NCBI GenBank assembly: GCA_964019335.1
Contig: OZ025759.1
Coordinates: forward strand, 1-64,000
DNA length: 64,000 nt
Source: Diplonema japonicum
Lineage: Eukaryota; Protista; Euglenozoa: Diplonemea
Direction of reading: 5' to 3'
The translations under genes and the position numbers were made by a program. Below, piece by piece: positions 30,349 to 40,861 of this stretch (position 1 is its first letter; the number at the start of each line of letters is the position of its first letter). The notes beneath the pieces are model-generated. The model searched no databases. It saw nothing but the letters and a program-made list of their open reading frames with translations, and was not told where the DNA came from.

Positions 30349-33300
30349 ATGATGATTCACCGCATGGACACGTCCCATGCGCTGAGTGTGGGGAAAGAAG
30401 TGCGCACCCCACGTGATCTGAACAGGATTCTGGAGATGAGATGCACGGTCGACGAAAGGTGCGAACAAATACTCGGCAGAGTAGGGGTGGTGGTGGAGGT
30501 TAAGCCGAACCTTGTCAAGCTGGGCTACGGGGTGGACCGCTTCTTCTTCGACATCGATGTCTTCGATAAGAGAATTGAACGGCGATGCCACCAAGGGTGC
30601 GCGCTAGCTGAGGTCACCGGACCGTCGTTTCTCTGCGACAGTTGCTTGACACGAATGCCGGTGGGGTGCTGCGCACACACATGCCAATACCACAACTACA
30701 GCATCTGCCCGTACTGCGATGGTGAGCCCCCTGTATTGACCACAGGTACCACTGTGGTGCGTGGCCCGACTTGGAAGCATGATCTCATCAACCCCACCCC
30801 CGCCAGAACAGGTTGCATCGTGCGCATCGCTGACAACGAAGTCCACGTCTCCTGGGAGGACGGGACATCATCGTCGCACCGTGACACCCCATACCAAGAT
30901 GTGATGCCCTTGTTGGGAGGCGTTGCGGGGACATTACACGCGCTGAAGGAGACAGCGGTATTTGAACGAGCCGTCCGGATGCGCGACGCGAACATCAAGA
31001 AAATCCAACGTCGGGTGGGAATGCTCAAAAAACGTGTCCCAGTACACGACGACGGGTTGCACTTCGACAGGGTAACCGCCGAGGCAAGCCAGGTCACCAA
31101 TGACGGACAATCCCTGACGTGTCTATCCCCCACGCCTATCTCCCACATCGTGGTGACCGAAGAGGTCTTCGATGCGGATGATGGCGACGATGCTGAAATT
31201 CACATTATGGTGGATAGCAACGACGATGCGTGCAGCCTGTCATGGGGCATCACAAGCGACCGGCCGCTCAACTTTGAAGATGCGTGTGTCGGTGTCGAGG
31301 ACGGGATGGCTGTTTGCTCCGATGAAACAGGGTGCAGCTTTGTGCGTGCGAGTAACACGACACCCATCCCATGCCCCCCCGTCCGTCCCCGCGACGTTCT
31401 TTCCATTCACATAAGCGGCAGAACAGGTGATGCTTGTTTCTCTGTGAACGGTTGCGCGATATTGCAAAACATCGCCCTTCCGCAGTCGACCTTTCGCTTC
31501 GGGGTCACCCCTGGGCCTTTGCAAACGTTTTCCCTGACGTGCGGACCTTCTCCTTCAAACGCTTACCGGCTTCTCCTTTCCGCCTATCGCCAAACGTACC
31601 ACCTCCCCAAGGCACGATACACCCCTGAAGCGGGCTTCCACTTCCGTCAAATCCGTGCCCCTTCGTCCAATCCTGTCACGCTACCCTTCCACGTCTCTGA
31701 AGAGGTCATCGGTGTCGACGACTTGCCTGTTTCCCACTCCTGGGAGGTCACCGATGGCTGTCATGAACAGTGTGTTGCCTTTGGGGTCAACAAGGAAGCC
31801 GACGACATGAGCTTAGAGCCAGGGTCTACCTTTCACGGTTTGCGAGTAACTGAAAACGGGCTCACAAGAGATGGTGTCGATGTTGCGTGTCCTGTCTTGT
31901 CTGAAGGCGATGTCGTGAGGGTCCATGTCGACGCCAATGGGGTGGTCTTGACCTACGTCAATGGGTGCTTGATGCATCGGTCGCAAGAAGGTGCTGTGGA
32001 ATCCCCGTTCCGTCTAGCCCACGGCACACATGCACGCCCTTGCAATGATGCGGCTTGTCTTCCAGACAGGCAGGCAGCATGGCAGTCGTACAGCTGCCCG
32101 TCGGCACTGCTCTCATCTGACGCTTACGATGCTGCTAGCGGGTACCACTTCATAGAAGCACTGCCCACGGTCAATATCAGCAACTCTGGGAAGACTGCGA
32201 AGTGCACAGAATCCAAGTGGGGCACACTGCTGACACAAGAAGTGTTGGAAGAAGGTGACGGCGCACGGTCGTGTTCATTCAAGATACTGGAGAACAAGGC
32301 TGCCATTGTGATCGGCGTTTCTGGAGGGTATCCTAGTATGTACAGAGACGTGTCGCTGGGGATGGCGCGGTTTAGTGGGGCTGTGGGGCTGCTTGTGTAC
32401 AGCGAAGAGGCGATCCGTTCCAATGGAATGGAACCAGCGTCATGTGTGTTCGTGAGGGACGACGAGATGTCGTTGGTGGAGGCCCCTGTGGTGCGCACGA
32501 ACGACATTGTGACAGTAAGGGTGATCGAGGGCGAGGCTGAGTTCCTCATAAACGGCACGAAGCTCGACATCGACATCAACACAGCAGTACCGAGACAGTA
32601 CAGGTTCGGGGTGTCGTTGCTATGCTGCGGTGCGGAAATAACGCTGGTCGATGACATGGTACCTGCAACTGAGGAAGGTGGCACAGAGGAGGAATTCACA
32701 TCTGCGTTCACTGTGATGACAGAACTGCGTGCACCTGCTATGTCAGCAAAGGTCCAATCCATGCGATGTGCCTTCAGCGAGGACATGAAGAAAGTGATGG
32801 GCAGAATCGGCCTTGTCGAGACCGTCAGCGAGAGGATCATAAAGTTGAACTTCGGGTGCGATGCGTACGTCTTCGACTACGACGTGTTCGGGCCGGAGGT
32901 CAAGCGAATGTGCACCGAGGGCTGCGGGCTGATCTCCTCCTTCGTCCCTGACGGCACCGCGACATGCACGTCCTGCTTGGCCCAGATCCCCAAAAAGGCG
33001 CCTGTCCACACCTGCAAACCGCACTCCATCACTTTATGCACGTACTGCAACGGTACCCCCGAGCCCATCACAGCAGACGCCGAAGTCATGCGCGGCCCCT
33101 CATGGCGTTATGGCGACCAAGACTACAAGCCTTACTCAAAGGGCACCGTCACACGAGTCGATGCAGACAGCAGCGTGTGGGTGAAATGGGATGGAGACAG
33201 GTCAGAAAGGGGGTTCAAGTACAGAGGCGCCCCCTACAGGGATGTAACACTATACTACGAGGGGGAGGTGGTGGTAGACACCGAGGTGGCTGCAGAGAGG

Positions 33301-36300
33301 GAGAAGGAGGCGGACAAGTACGGGACGAACGCCGTGCTTTCAAAGCTACTTGCAATGACGTTGCCGAAGGACGAATACGACAGTGAAGAGGGCGTGCATC
33401 TCGCAGACAACGTGGTGGGGTCGGTAGAGGTCTCTGACGAGGGTAGGGTCGCCTCGTGCCTCAGGCCGCAGCAGGGCACCGTCGTCTCGAAGGAGGTGAT
33501 CTACCCGTCAGACGCCGTCGACGAACTTGTGAAAACATCCTTCAAGATCCTGTCCTTGAACGAGGAGGGCAAGGTTTCCATAGGAATAGCAACGGAGACA
33601 CCAGTTGGGTTCGTGAACCACCCGCTGGGCGATACTGCTTTCAAGGGGTCCGTCGCCGTGCACAGCAACTCCGACGGGTGCAGCCTGCACAGTGAGGGTA
33701 TAACAAGCAGGCTGACAGACATGTCTCTCGAAACTGGTGACGTAGTGACGATCTCTGTCGGCTCGACAGGGCTTGCCACCTTCCACATCAATGACAGAAA
33801 GGTTTTCTGGGGGACCAACCAGAAAGGCATACGCTTAGGGGTCACCCTCTTCACCCCCGGTGACTCCGTACAAATAATCGGTACAACTGACGTGCCGGAC
33901 GACCGCAGATCCTTGTGGGAAACAGTGTCTATTGATGATCAAGATGTGAAGGCAGCTGCCATGATCGAGCGGTGGGTGCCTTCGGACGATCCGATTACGT
34001 TTAAGGAGGCTTTGCAAGCGGTGGAACACCCCAGCGCGCACACTGCTGTATTAATATACCCGACTGCTTGCACTGTGGTGTCGATGGAGTGCTACGATGT
34101 GTCTGATGAGTTCAACGCTACTGTTTGGTACCAGGTTCCGCACCGTAGCAGCGACGACGGCCTCCTCTCGTCTAGTGAAGAAGGCGGCGAGAGTGTGATC
34201 GCGGTCGGCGTGACGTCCGAAACCCCAGTTGGCTTCAGCGACTTCGTCATCGGCGACGAAGGATTCGAAAACACCATAGGCGTGCTCTGCAGGTGTGATG
34301 ACAAAGCCCTCTTCGCAGTGGACTCCTCCAAGCCCCGCTCCTCGGAGCCAGTGGGAACCGATAACACAGGTTGCTTCACGGTATCCATGAAGAACGGTGT
34401 TGTGCAGATATCAAACGACGGCACCATTATCTGCGAGAGGGAGATCCCGTGGACAGATGGGGTACGGGTTGCCGCATCCTTCACAACCGTGGGAGCGGTG
34501 GTGTCGACGGTTCAGGAAGACTCGTCCTGTTCAGACGAAGAAGAAACAACTGAAGAGTCTGACGAGCGGACAACGGACACGACACTCCGAGTCGGCGCGG
34601 TCGTGAGGCTGCCTGTATATTCAGACCTCGTCGAGGAAATGAGGTGTCTCTTCACCGAAGAGATGTGCGCCGTCCTGGGGAAGACAGGAAACGTCGTTGG
34701 GCTGGGCAAGCAGATCGTCCGCGTCGTTGTGAAGTCCGACACGTACGTCTTCGACTACTCTGTTTTCACAAGCGAGCTGTCAAGGGTATGCTGCCACGCC
34801 GGATGCAAAACAGAACTGGAGGAAACGACATTGAAAGCACCCGGGGGGTTGTGCTCGTCGTGTCTGACGCAGCTGCCGGGCGGAGCGGGGGTACGTTGCT
34901 GCGCGATGCATTCCTTCACCCTGTGCGGGTTTTGCTTGGGAGTGCCGTACACTGTTTATAAAGGAACGCGTGTGACAAGGGGACCCAGCTGGAAGTACAG
35001 CGAGCAAGACGGTTCCGCGCGGCAACAAGGAGTAGTCACAAGTGTCGACGAGGAAGGCGTCCATGTGAGATGGGACGAGCAAAGCGACGTAACCTTCACG
35101 TACAGAACCAGCCCTGCACAGGACGTGATGCCTGTGTTCGAAGGGAGAGACGCCAACCTGCTCGGCCACGTTCGAGATGACAGCGAATACTGCTCAACAG
35201 AGAGCGACTCCACGGACGGGTCGGTGAATGAAATGGGGAGGCTGTTCACACATCTTTTGGACAGCATGTCGGCGTTTCCTGTAGAGGCGTATTCCCCCTT
35301 GAAGGGCTTCACGCTCTTCACACCGGTGCCTGCCACGGTGTGGGTGTCGTCAGATTCAACAACAGCGACGTTGCTCCGATCGGTGGACACGACGGTGGTG
35401 ACACAACAGCTTTTGAACCCAGCGGATGTTTGGTATTGCAGTTGTTCTTTTGAGATAAGATCGTTGACTGGCTATATCTTCGCTGTAGGCGTCACGGACA
35501 ACGAGGCAGCGAAATGTCAAAACAGCATACTTGCCACGCACCAAACTGGCTCCGCAGCGCTGATCAGCAAAAAGACAACAGGGTGTTTTTTTTCGCAGAA
35601 CGGAAAGCGCACGCGCGTAGCGGGGTTCGAGGCTTTGAAGGAAGGCGACGTTGTAAAACTCGTAGTGAAGCAAAACGGCAACATGTTAATGTGGATAAAT
35701 GATGAAAGGGTAGAAGGGCTCGATCACACCGTCACGGAACCTTGCAGGCTCGCTTTTTCAATGACTGGCAAGGGCGACTCCGTCACGATACGGGAGCACT
35801 GCAATGTGAGCATCCCTGAATGGGATTGGGATTTCATAGAAACTGTGAAACAGCTCAGTTCAACGGTTACCAGAGTCAGACATAAAGGAAGCTTGTACAT
35901 CATGAAACGAGCAGAACCGATCAACGTGGATGTGGAGGGTATTGTGCACCCAAATATCTCCACCGTTTACAAGACTTTTCCCGAGGAGAGGGCGGTTCTT
36001 GTTGAGGAGTACGAAACAGATCTTTTGAGCGCGGTGCAATCGGGTCGATTCGCGTCGCTGGAGGAACGCCTGTCACTCGCGCTCAACATATCGAAAGGGA
36101 TGGCTTACCTCCACCACTACGGCATCACACATAACTCCCTGACGCCCTCCAACGTCTTTCTTCATGGATCCTCACCATACGTCTGTTACTATGCGGTCAA
36201 GCCGGCATCGAAACACCCCGACACGCACTATTTTGGATTCTTGCTTTATCAGGTGTTCATAGATCCGTTCTACACCCCGAATGCCTCTATGACGCCGCCC

Positions 36301-36432
36301 CCGTTACCACGGACGGGTATACCCGACACAGTGCTAACGCTCGTCCAAGAATGTTGGAACACGCACTCCGTCAAATTCACGAGCATTTGTGAACGACTCG
36401 AGGGGGAGGTGAACAGCGGAAGGGAGGAGTAA
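30349..36432 (+). CDS. 2027-aa multidomain protein: 3x[Mib-SH3-like + ZZ-like zinc finger + Mib/Herc2], several SPRY/NHR-like domains, C-terminal TKL-like pseudokinase
   Basis: Three MRC...[IV][LM]G..G.V...FD..VF / CxxC..CxxH....CxxC / V.RGP.W....V.W.....[HY]R..P..DV modules; kinase-like HPNI, ALNISKGMAYLH, HNSLTPSNVFL, LVQECW. Confidence 0.85.
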   Translation: MMIHRMDTSHALSVGKEVRTPRDLNRILEMRCTVDERCEQILGRVGVVVEVKPNLVKLGYGVDRFFFDIDVFDKRIERRCHQGCALAEVTGPSFLCDSCLTRMPVGCCAHTCQYHNYSICPYCDGEPPVLTTGTTVVRGPTWKHDLINPTPARTGCIVRIADNEVHVSWEDGTSSSHRDTPYQDVMPLLGGVAGTLHALKETAVFERAVRMRDANIKKIQRRVGMLKKRVPVHDDGLHFDRVTAEASQVTNDGQSLTCLSPTPISHIVVTEEVFDADDGDDAEIHIMVDSNDDACSLSWGITSDRPLNFEDACVGVEDGMAVCSDETGCSFVRASNTTPIPCPPVRPRDVLSIHISGRTGDACFSVNGCAILQNIALPQSTFRFGVTPGPLQTFSLTCGPSPSNAYRLLLSAYRQTYHLPKARYTPEAGFHFRQIRAPSSNPVTLPFHVSEEVIGVDDLPVSHSWEVTDGCHEQCVAFGVNKEADDMSLEPGSTFHGLRVTENGLTRDGVDVACPVLSEGDVVRVHVDANGVVLTYVNGCLMHRSQEGAVESPFRLAHGTHARPCNDAACLPDRQAAWQSYSCPSALLSSDAYDAASGYHFIEALPTVNISNSGKTAKCTESKWGTLLTQEVLEEGDGARSCSFKILENKAAIVIGVSGGYPSMYRDVSLGMARFSGAVGLLVYSEEAIRSNGMEPASCVFVRDDEMSLVEAPVVRTNDIVTVRVIEGEAEFLINGTKLDIDINTAVPRQYRFGVSLLCCGAEITLVDDMVPATEEGGTEEEFTSAFTVMTELRAPAMSAKVQSMRCAFSEDMKKVMGRIGLVETVSERIIKLNFGCDAYVFDYDVFGPEVKRMCTEGCGLISSFVPDGTATCTSCLAQIPKKAPVHTCKPHSITLCTYCNGTPEPITADAEVMRGPSWRYGDQDYKPYSKGTVTRVDADSSVWVKWDGDRSERGFKYRGAPYRDVTLYYEGEVVVDTEVAAEREKEADKYGTNAVLSKLLAMTLPKDEYDSEEGVHLADNVVGSVEVSDEGRVASCLRPQQGTVVSKEVIYPSDAVDELVKTSFKILSLNEEGKVSIGIATETPVGFVNHPLGDTAFKGSVAVHSNSDGCSLHSEGITSRLTDMSLETGDVVTISVGSTGLATFHINDRKVFWGTNQKGIRLGVTLFTPGDSVQIIGTTDVPDDRRSLWETVSIDDQDVKAAAMIERWVPSDDPITFKEALQAVEHPSAHTAVLIYPTACTVVSMECYDVSDEFNATVWYQVPHRSSDDGLLSSSEEGGESVIAVGVTSETPVGFSDFVIGDEGFENTIGVLCRCDDKALFAVDSSKPRSSEPVGTDNTGCFTVSMKNGVVQISNDGTIICEREIPWTDGVRVAASFTTVGAVVSTVQEDSSCSDEEETTEESDERTTDTTLRVGAVVRLPVYSDLVEEMRCLFTEEMCAVLGKTGNVVGLGKQIVRVVVKSDTYVFDYSVFTSELSRVCCHAGCKTELEETTLKAPGGLCSSCLTQLPGGAGVRCCAMHSFTLCGFCLGVPYTVYKGTRVTRGPSWKYSEQDGSARQQGVVTSVDEEGVHVRWDEQSDVTFTYRTSPAQDVMPVFEGRDANLLGHVRDDSEYCSTESDSTDGSVNEMGRLFTHLLDSMSAFPVEAYSPLKGFTLFTPVPATVWVSSDSTTATLLRSVDTTVVTQQLLNPADVWYCSCSFEIRSLTGYIFAVGVTDNEAAKCQNSILATHQTGSAALISKKTTGCFFSQNGKRTRVAGFEALKEGDVVKLVVKQNGNMLMWINDERVEGLDHTVTEPCRLAFSMTGKGDSVTIREHCNVSIPEWDWDFIETVKQLSSTVTRVRHKGSLYIMKRAEPINVDVEGIVHPNISTVYKTFPEERAVLVEEYETDLLSAVQSGRFASLEERLSLALNISKGMAYLHHYGITHNSLTPSNVFLHGSSPYVCYYAVKPASKHPDTHYFGFLLYQVFIDPFYTPNASMTPPPLPRTGIPDTVLTLVQECWNTHSVKFTSICERLEGEVNSGREE

Positions 36433-36552
36433 CAAGGGGGGGGGGGGGGGGAATTCTTTTTATTTTCTTTTCCCCTCTACCCTATTTTTTTCTCTTTTTT
36501 TTATTTCCCCCAACATATTTATGTGTTCAGTTGTGAGGGGGAAAACGAAACC

Positions 36553-37878
36553 ATGCCTCGGGGAACGAATAAGAGGAAGCTTGCAGAGATGTCGTGTTCC
36601 GACGACGCGTGGCGAGGTCTACCATTGTGTGGGGATGGTGTCCACGGTGCGACAGCTCTTCCCATGGCCGCATTACGAGGCAGCATCACATCGATGAAGA
36701 GAGGGCTAGTGATTGTGGAGGCACCTCCCGGGTCGGGCGCCACGTCGCTTTCCCACTTACTGGAATCTTTCGACGGGTTCAAAAGAATCCCAATGGGGAA
36801 AAATACGTTCCCAGGCGAGCTCCAGCACCGCTCGGTAGTGATTGACAACGCTTCCTTTCTACCTTCAACGTACCTTGACTGCCTACACCGGCACTGCACG
36901 CAGCACATTGTTGTATTATGTGGTACCCCTAGGACCACCCAATCCATGGAACCCACGCGAATTATTACAGTTGACGATCTACGTGCGGACCGCGGTGAAC
37001 TACAGGATTTTTTAAAAATCGCAAACGGGTGTTTGGATAACCCTGTCATCGACGACATTCCAGGGTTCGCGAATATTCTGTATGAAACCACCGGTGGCTT
37101 CATCTGGTGGATCATCAACACCCTCAAAGCTGTTTTTTCAGACCTCCAAACAGATAGCACGTCAAGCCGTAAGACGCTCTCAGCAGAACATGTGAAGAAC
37201 ATGGTGGAAACAGGCGTTCTTTATAGAATATTGAGGGAAACGCGAACCGCGAAGAATTTTGCGCTGATCGGTGAAGAGCAGTACTCGGCAGCTGCTTCGG
37301 TGCTTCTCGGGAAGCCTGTCAGGGAGCAGCCTGGGAACGAATTGGTCGCGTTGTCGCTCCTCGTTAAAACCAAAAAAGACGCTTTTAAAACACGATCGGT
37401 GATTCACGAGCAAATGCTGACACAATTAACATGTGCTGGTCGCAGTTGGAAGGCTGTTCCCGAGTCGCTCGACTGTCTTGTGGAAGGTTTGACCAATGAA
37501 GCTATGTTTCGCAACACGGAGCTCCAAGATCTTGACGCCATCAACACGCAAATCGGGAAACGCGTTCTGAAAATCCTTGGGAGGGGCGGGCGGTATTGTT
37601 TTCACGCTAACAAAACTAGTATTGTAATCTTCGGGCACCCCCTTGGAAAGCTTTCTATCCACACAGTGCTGTGGAGCAACCGGGACGGTATTGGCACACC
37701 GAAGCGCATCGGTACCGGCACCGACGTGATCCTCTGTTTTGTTGACAACAGAAAACGGGATGTGCCGATGACTGCCATCAGAAGCCAGCTTGTCAGCGAG
37801 AACAGTGACCTGCAATACATTTTCTGTGTTGAGCTTTTAAGCCACGGCGACAAATTTATGACGCAGTTGTGCGCTTGA
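36553..37878 (+). CDS. Degenerate P-loop NTPase (Crinkler-associated NTPase-like)
   Basis: IVEAPPGSGATSLSHLL (Walker A without Lys), VVIDNA (Walker B-like), LYETTGG; first in-frame ATG is 36553. Confidence 0.65.
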   Translation: MPRGTNKRKLAEMSCSDDAWRGLPLCGDGVHGATALPMAALRGSITSMKRGLVIVEAPPGSGATSLSHLLESFDGFKRIPMGKNTFPGELQHRSVVIDNASFLPSTYLDCLHRHCTQHIVVLCGTPRTTQSMEPTRIITVDDLRADRGELQDFLKIANGCLDNPVIDDIPGFANILYETTGGFIWWIINTLKAVFSDLQTDSTSSRKTLSAEHVKNMVETGVLYRILRETRTAKNFALIGEEQYSAAASVLLGKPVREQPGNELVALSLLVKTKKDAFKTRSVIHEQMLTQLTCAGRSWKAVPESLDCLVEGLTNEAMFRNTELQDLDAINTQIGKRVLKILGRGGRYCFHANKTSIVIFGHPLGKLSIHTVLWSNRDGIGTPKRIGTGTDVILCFVDNRKRDVPMTAIRSQLVSENSDLQYIFCVELLSHGDKFMTQLCA

Positions 37879-38379
37879 TGTTTTTTCTTTTTTTTTCTTT
37901 CTTTTTTTTTTTGTCACAAATAATTATCTTTCAAAAAAAATGATTTTATAACTATATGCAACTTGTGCCGAGCAAAAAAAAAAAAAGACTTTCGCAGCTT
38001 TTTTAAAAGCCTTTTTTTTTTTTTTTTGCTCGTGCGAACAACAAAGACATATAGTCATAAAGAATTATTAATAAAAAAGATTTTTTTTTACACTTTCAGG
38101 GGTATCTCCACTCGGAATTCGGGCCCCCTTACTAAACGCGAATTTCTCTTTTTTTTTTTTTTTCCCCCTCCACCTTTGCCCCCCCCCCTTTTTTTTCAAA
38201 AGACTATGACCTTTATTGGAGTGTCCATGCTGCTGCAGGGCCTTCCTCAAAGAAGAAGAAAAAAAAAAGTAGGTTGTCATTTCATTTTCTTTTTTTAAAT
38301 AATGAACAGAAACATTGTTGCGTTAACAAAAAAAAATCTCTTATTAGGTAAAGGAAATTGTAACCTTTTACGCACTGAT

Positions 38380-38418
<39 letters not shown>

Positions 38419-39014
38419 CTTTTTTTCTTTGGAAGTGTTTGCGGGGGTTAAACCTGTAACTTAACCTTACAAACAACGGCCAATTCCTGTTTCTCACTTT
38501 TTCCCCCTCTTTTCTTTCGGTAACATGAATCACATTTGGCTTCGGCAAAAAATGCCCCCCACCCCCCGCCCCTCACCCCTACTGCGAAGAAAGGGGCCGC
38601 GGGGTCCAGGCAAACAATGTCTAAGAGGTGGCACCGCACAGGTTAGAAACTCACTCCAATGTGTAGTTTGTCTACAAACACCCCACCCCGTGTACTTTAG
38701 TAGTTAAAAGATCGAGTTTTTTTTTTTTTTTTTTTTTTCTCTCTTCCCTCCCTTTTCCATTCTTTTGGCACAAAATTCACATTTCAAACAACCGCGATTC
38801 AAAAGAAGGGGGGGAAAGAAGGGGGAAAAAAAAAGAGAAAAAAAACGAGGGGGGGGGGGGGGGGGGGAAATCGACGTTTTTTATTGTACTTCTCCCTCTC
38901 TTTTCTCTCTTCATATCCTTCCCTCTCTACCCATATTACCCCCCCATTTTTTTTTTTCCCCCTTCTTTCCCCGACCAAATCATTCCCAAGAAAGGGGGGG
39001 AAAAAAAAAAGAAT

Positions 39015-40304
39015 ATGCTGAACCGGGAAGAGTACAAAGGCGATGTCAACGAAAAAGGCCAGCGCCACGGGATGGGAATGGCGGCGTGGAGCAACGGGGA
39101 CTTCTACGAAGGCCAGTGGAAGGAAGGCTTCATGCACGGCAAGGGGAAATTCCGCTTCGCCAGTGGTGACGAGTACGAAGGTGAAGTAGAATGGGGGAAA
39201 CGGTCCGGCACGGGGACCTACTGGGCGCACACTGGCCACGTGTACTGTGGGGAGTTCAGAGACGATTGCGAAGAGGGAATAGGAAAACGTGTCTGGACCT
39301 CGGGAGAAACTTACAACGGGGAATGGTTCCGCGGGTACATGCAAGGCTACGGCGTTACTACGCACAAGTCTGGCGAACGTTACACAGGATGGACCTCCCT
39401 GTCCCTTCGCGAGGGAAGGGGCATCCTCCAAAAACCCGAGAACAAAACAGTGTTCTCAGGCCGATGGTCCAAGGGCAAGCGAACCTTCGGGACCCTCCAC
39501 CTCCCAGACGGTTCCGGCTACCACGGAGCATGGTCCAACGATAAACCCCACGGCGAAGGAACATATTACACCGCAGAACCAGGCAGCATGTTACAAGGAC
39601 AATGGTCCGCGGGTGTGTTGGATAATGTCACCATCAACCCCAACACGAAGCATCCCGGGCACAAGAACGAACCTTATAATTACTCGGAGTTGTTGGAGCG
39701 ATGGTGGCACAAATATTTAGAACCCGACCACCCTGTTTTCGACCCGGATTGGGTGTTGCGCAAGGACGAGGTTCCCGAGGAAAAAGTCGACTGTTTGGTA
39801 GATGGGTACCCGGCAGAACACCCCCTTGCTACGGATGCTCTGGAGTACTGCTTCGCGCAGCAAAGCCTTGCCCGAGCACAACATAAAATTCTGCGGGATA
39901 ATCCTGTCAACGCGACAACCTACCATGTGAAGAATATCGATGCCACGCACACCTACCTCGGCGGGTTTAAAGCGATTTCAGCGTTGTGTTCGTTCCTTGA
40001 GCTGTGCCCGAACACAGAGACGTTGACACTCCCCGGGCAACGGTTGTCCCCTGCTAGTATACGATTGCTCGTGAAAACCTCCCGCGGGCACTCCAGGTTG
40101 CGGGTGATCGATGTTACTGACAATGTCGTGCACCACCCAGAAGGGAAGATGCTAAGCAGCCTGGCCGCAACAAATACAAACATCGAACGAATCGTTCTGG
40201 AAAACACCATGCTGAACAAGGGCGTGGTGGAGCAGATTGAACGGCGGACAGCCGTGAACAGGAAGATCAACAGCAACAGGGTCATCTCGGGAAAGGTGAT
40301 GTAA
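39015..40304 (+). CDS. MORN-repeat protein with C-terminal LRR-like domain
   Basis: Multiple YEGQWKEGFMHGKG-type repeats; LETLTL/LRVIDVTDN-type LRR segments (TETLTLPGQRL, LRVIDVTDN). Confidence 0.9.
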   Translation: MLNREEYKGDVNEKGQRHGMGMAAWSNGDFYEGQWKEGFMHGKGKFRFASGDEYEGEVEWGKRSGTGTYWAHTGHVYCGEFRDDCEEGIGKRVWTSGETYNGEWFRGYMQGYGVTTHKSGERYTGWTSLSLREGRGILQKPENKTVFSGRWSKGKRTFGTLHLPDGSGYHGAWSNDKPHGEGTYYTAEPGSMLQGQWSAGVLDNVTINPNTKHPGHKNEPYNYSELLERWWHKYLEPDHPVFDPDWVLRKDEVPEEKVDCLVDGYPAEHPLATDALEYCFAQQSLARAQHKILRDNPVNATTYHVKNIDATHTYLGGFKAISALCSFLELCPNTETLTLPGQRLSPASIRLLVKTSRGHSRLRVIDVTDNVVHHPEGKMLSSLAATNTNIERIVLENTMLNKGVVEQIERRTAVNRKINSNRVISGKVM

Positions 40305-40399
40305 TCCATTTATTTTCTTGACTCTTCCGGGTTAAATAAAAATTCACCCCCCCCCCCTTTTTTTCTCGTCTTCTTTTTTCATCGGCACGAAACAGAATA

Positions 40400-40744
40400 A
40401 TGTCCAGCGAGCGAGCCCAAGACATCTTTTCATCCTTTCTCGAGCGTCAGCAAACACTTGACGCCATACACGAACGTCGGGACCTCGTGAGAACTGCGGT
40501 CGAGGGCGGCGAGAAGTCGTCTTTAGACGGGCTGCGAGAGGGGTATTATAAAGAAAAGCGGAAAACAGAATCTCTCGAAGCGCTTGTAGCCTCTTCCATC
40601 TCCATCCACGACCTTGTGCAGGTTCTTGTCTCCATGGAGCACCCCCCTACCCTTATCGATGCCATAATAGACGCTCTTCCAAGGCGAGACGAGCCACTTG
40701 CGGAAGCCGCTGCCTGTTTGATGCAGGAAACCGTTTGTCTTTAA
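40400..40744 (+). CDS. Small hypothetical protein (114 aa)
   Basis: Coding-like ORF bounded by pyrimidine tracts. Confidence 0.7.
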   Translation: MSSERAQDIFSSFLERQQTLDAIHERRDLVRTAVEGGEKSSLDGLREGYYKEKRKTESLEALVASSISIHDLVQVLVSMEHPPTLIDAIIDALPRRDEPLAEAAACLMQETVCL

Positions 40745-40861
40745 GAAACCCCACTTTTTTCTCTGTAATTCTGCTGTTCTTCTCCATGTTGCCCTTTTCA
40801 TCAACATTCATTGCAAACAAAGGTAGGAGAGGAGGGAGGAAGGAAGGTGGGGGGGGGAACA

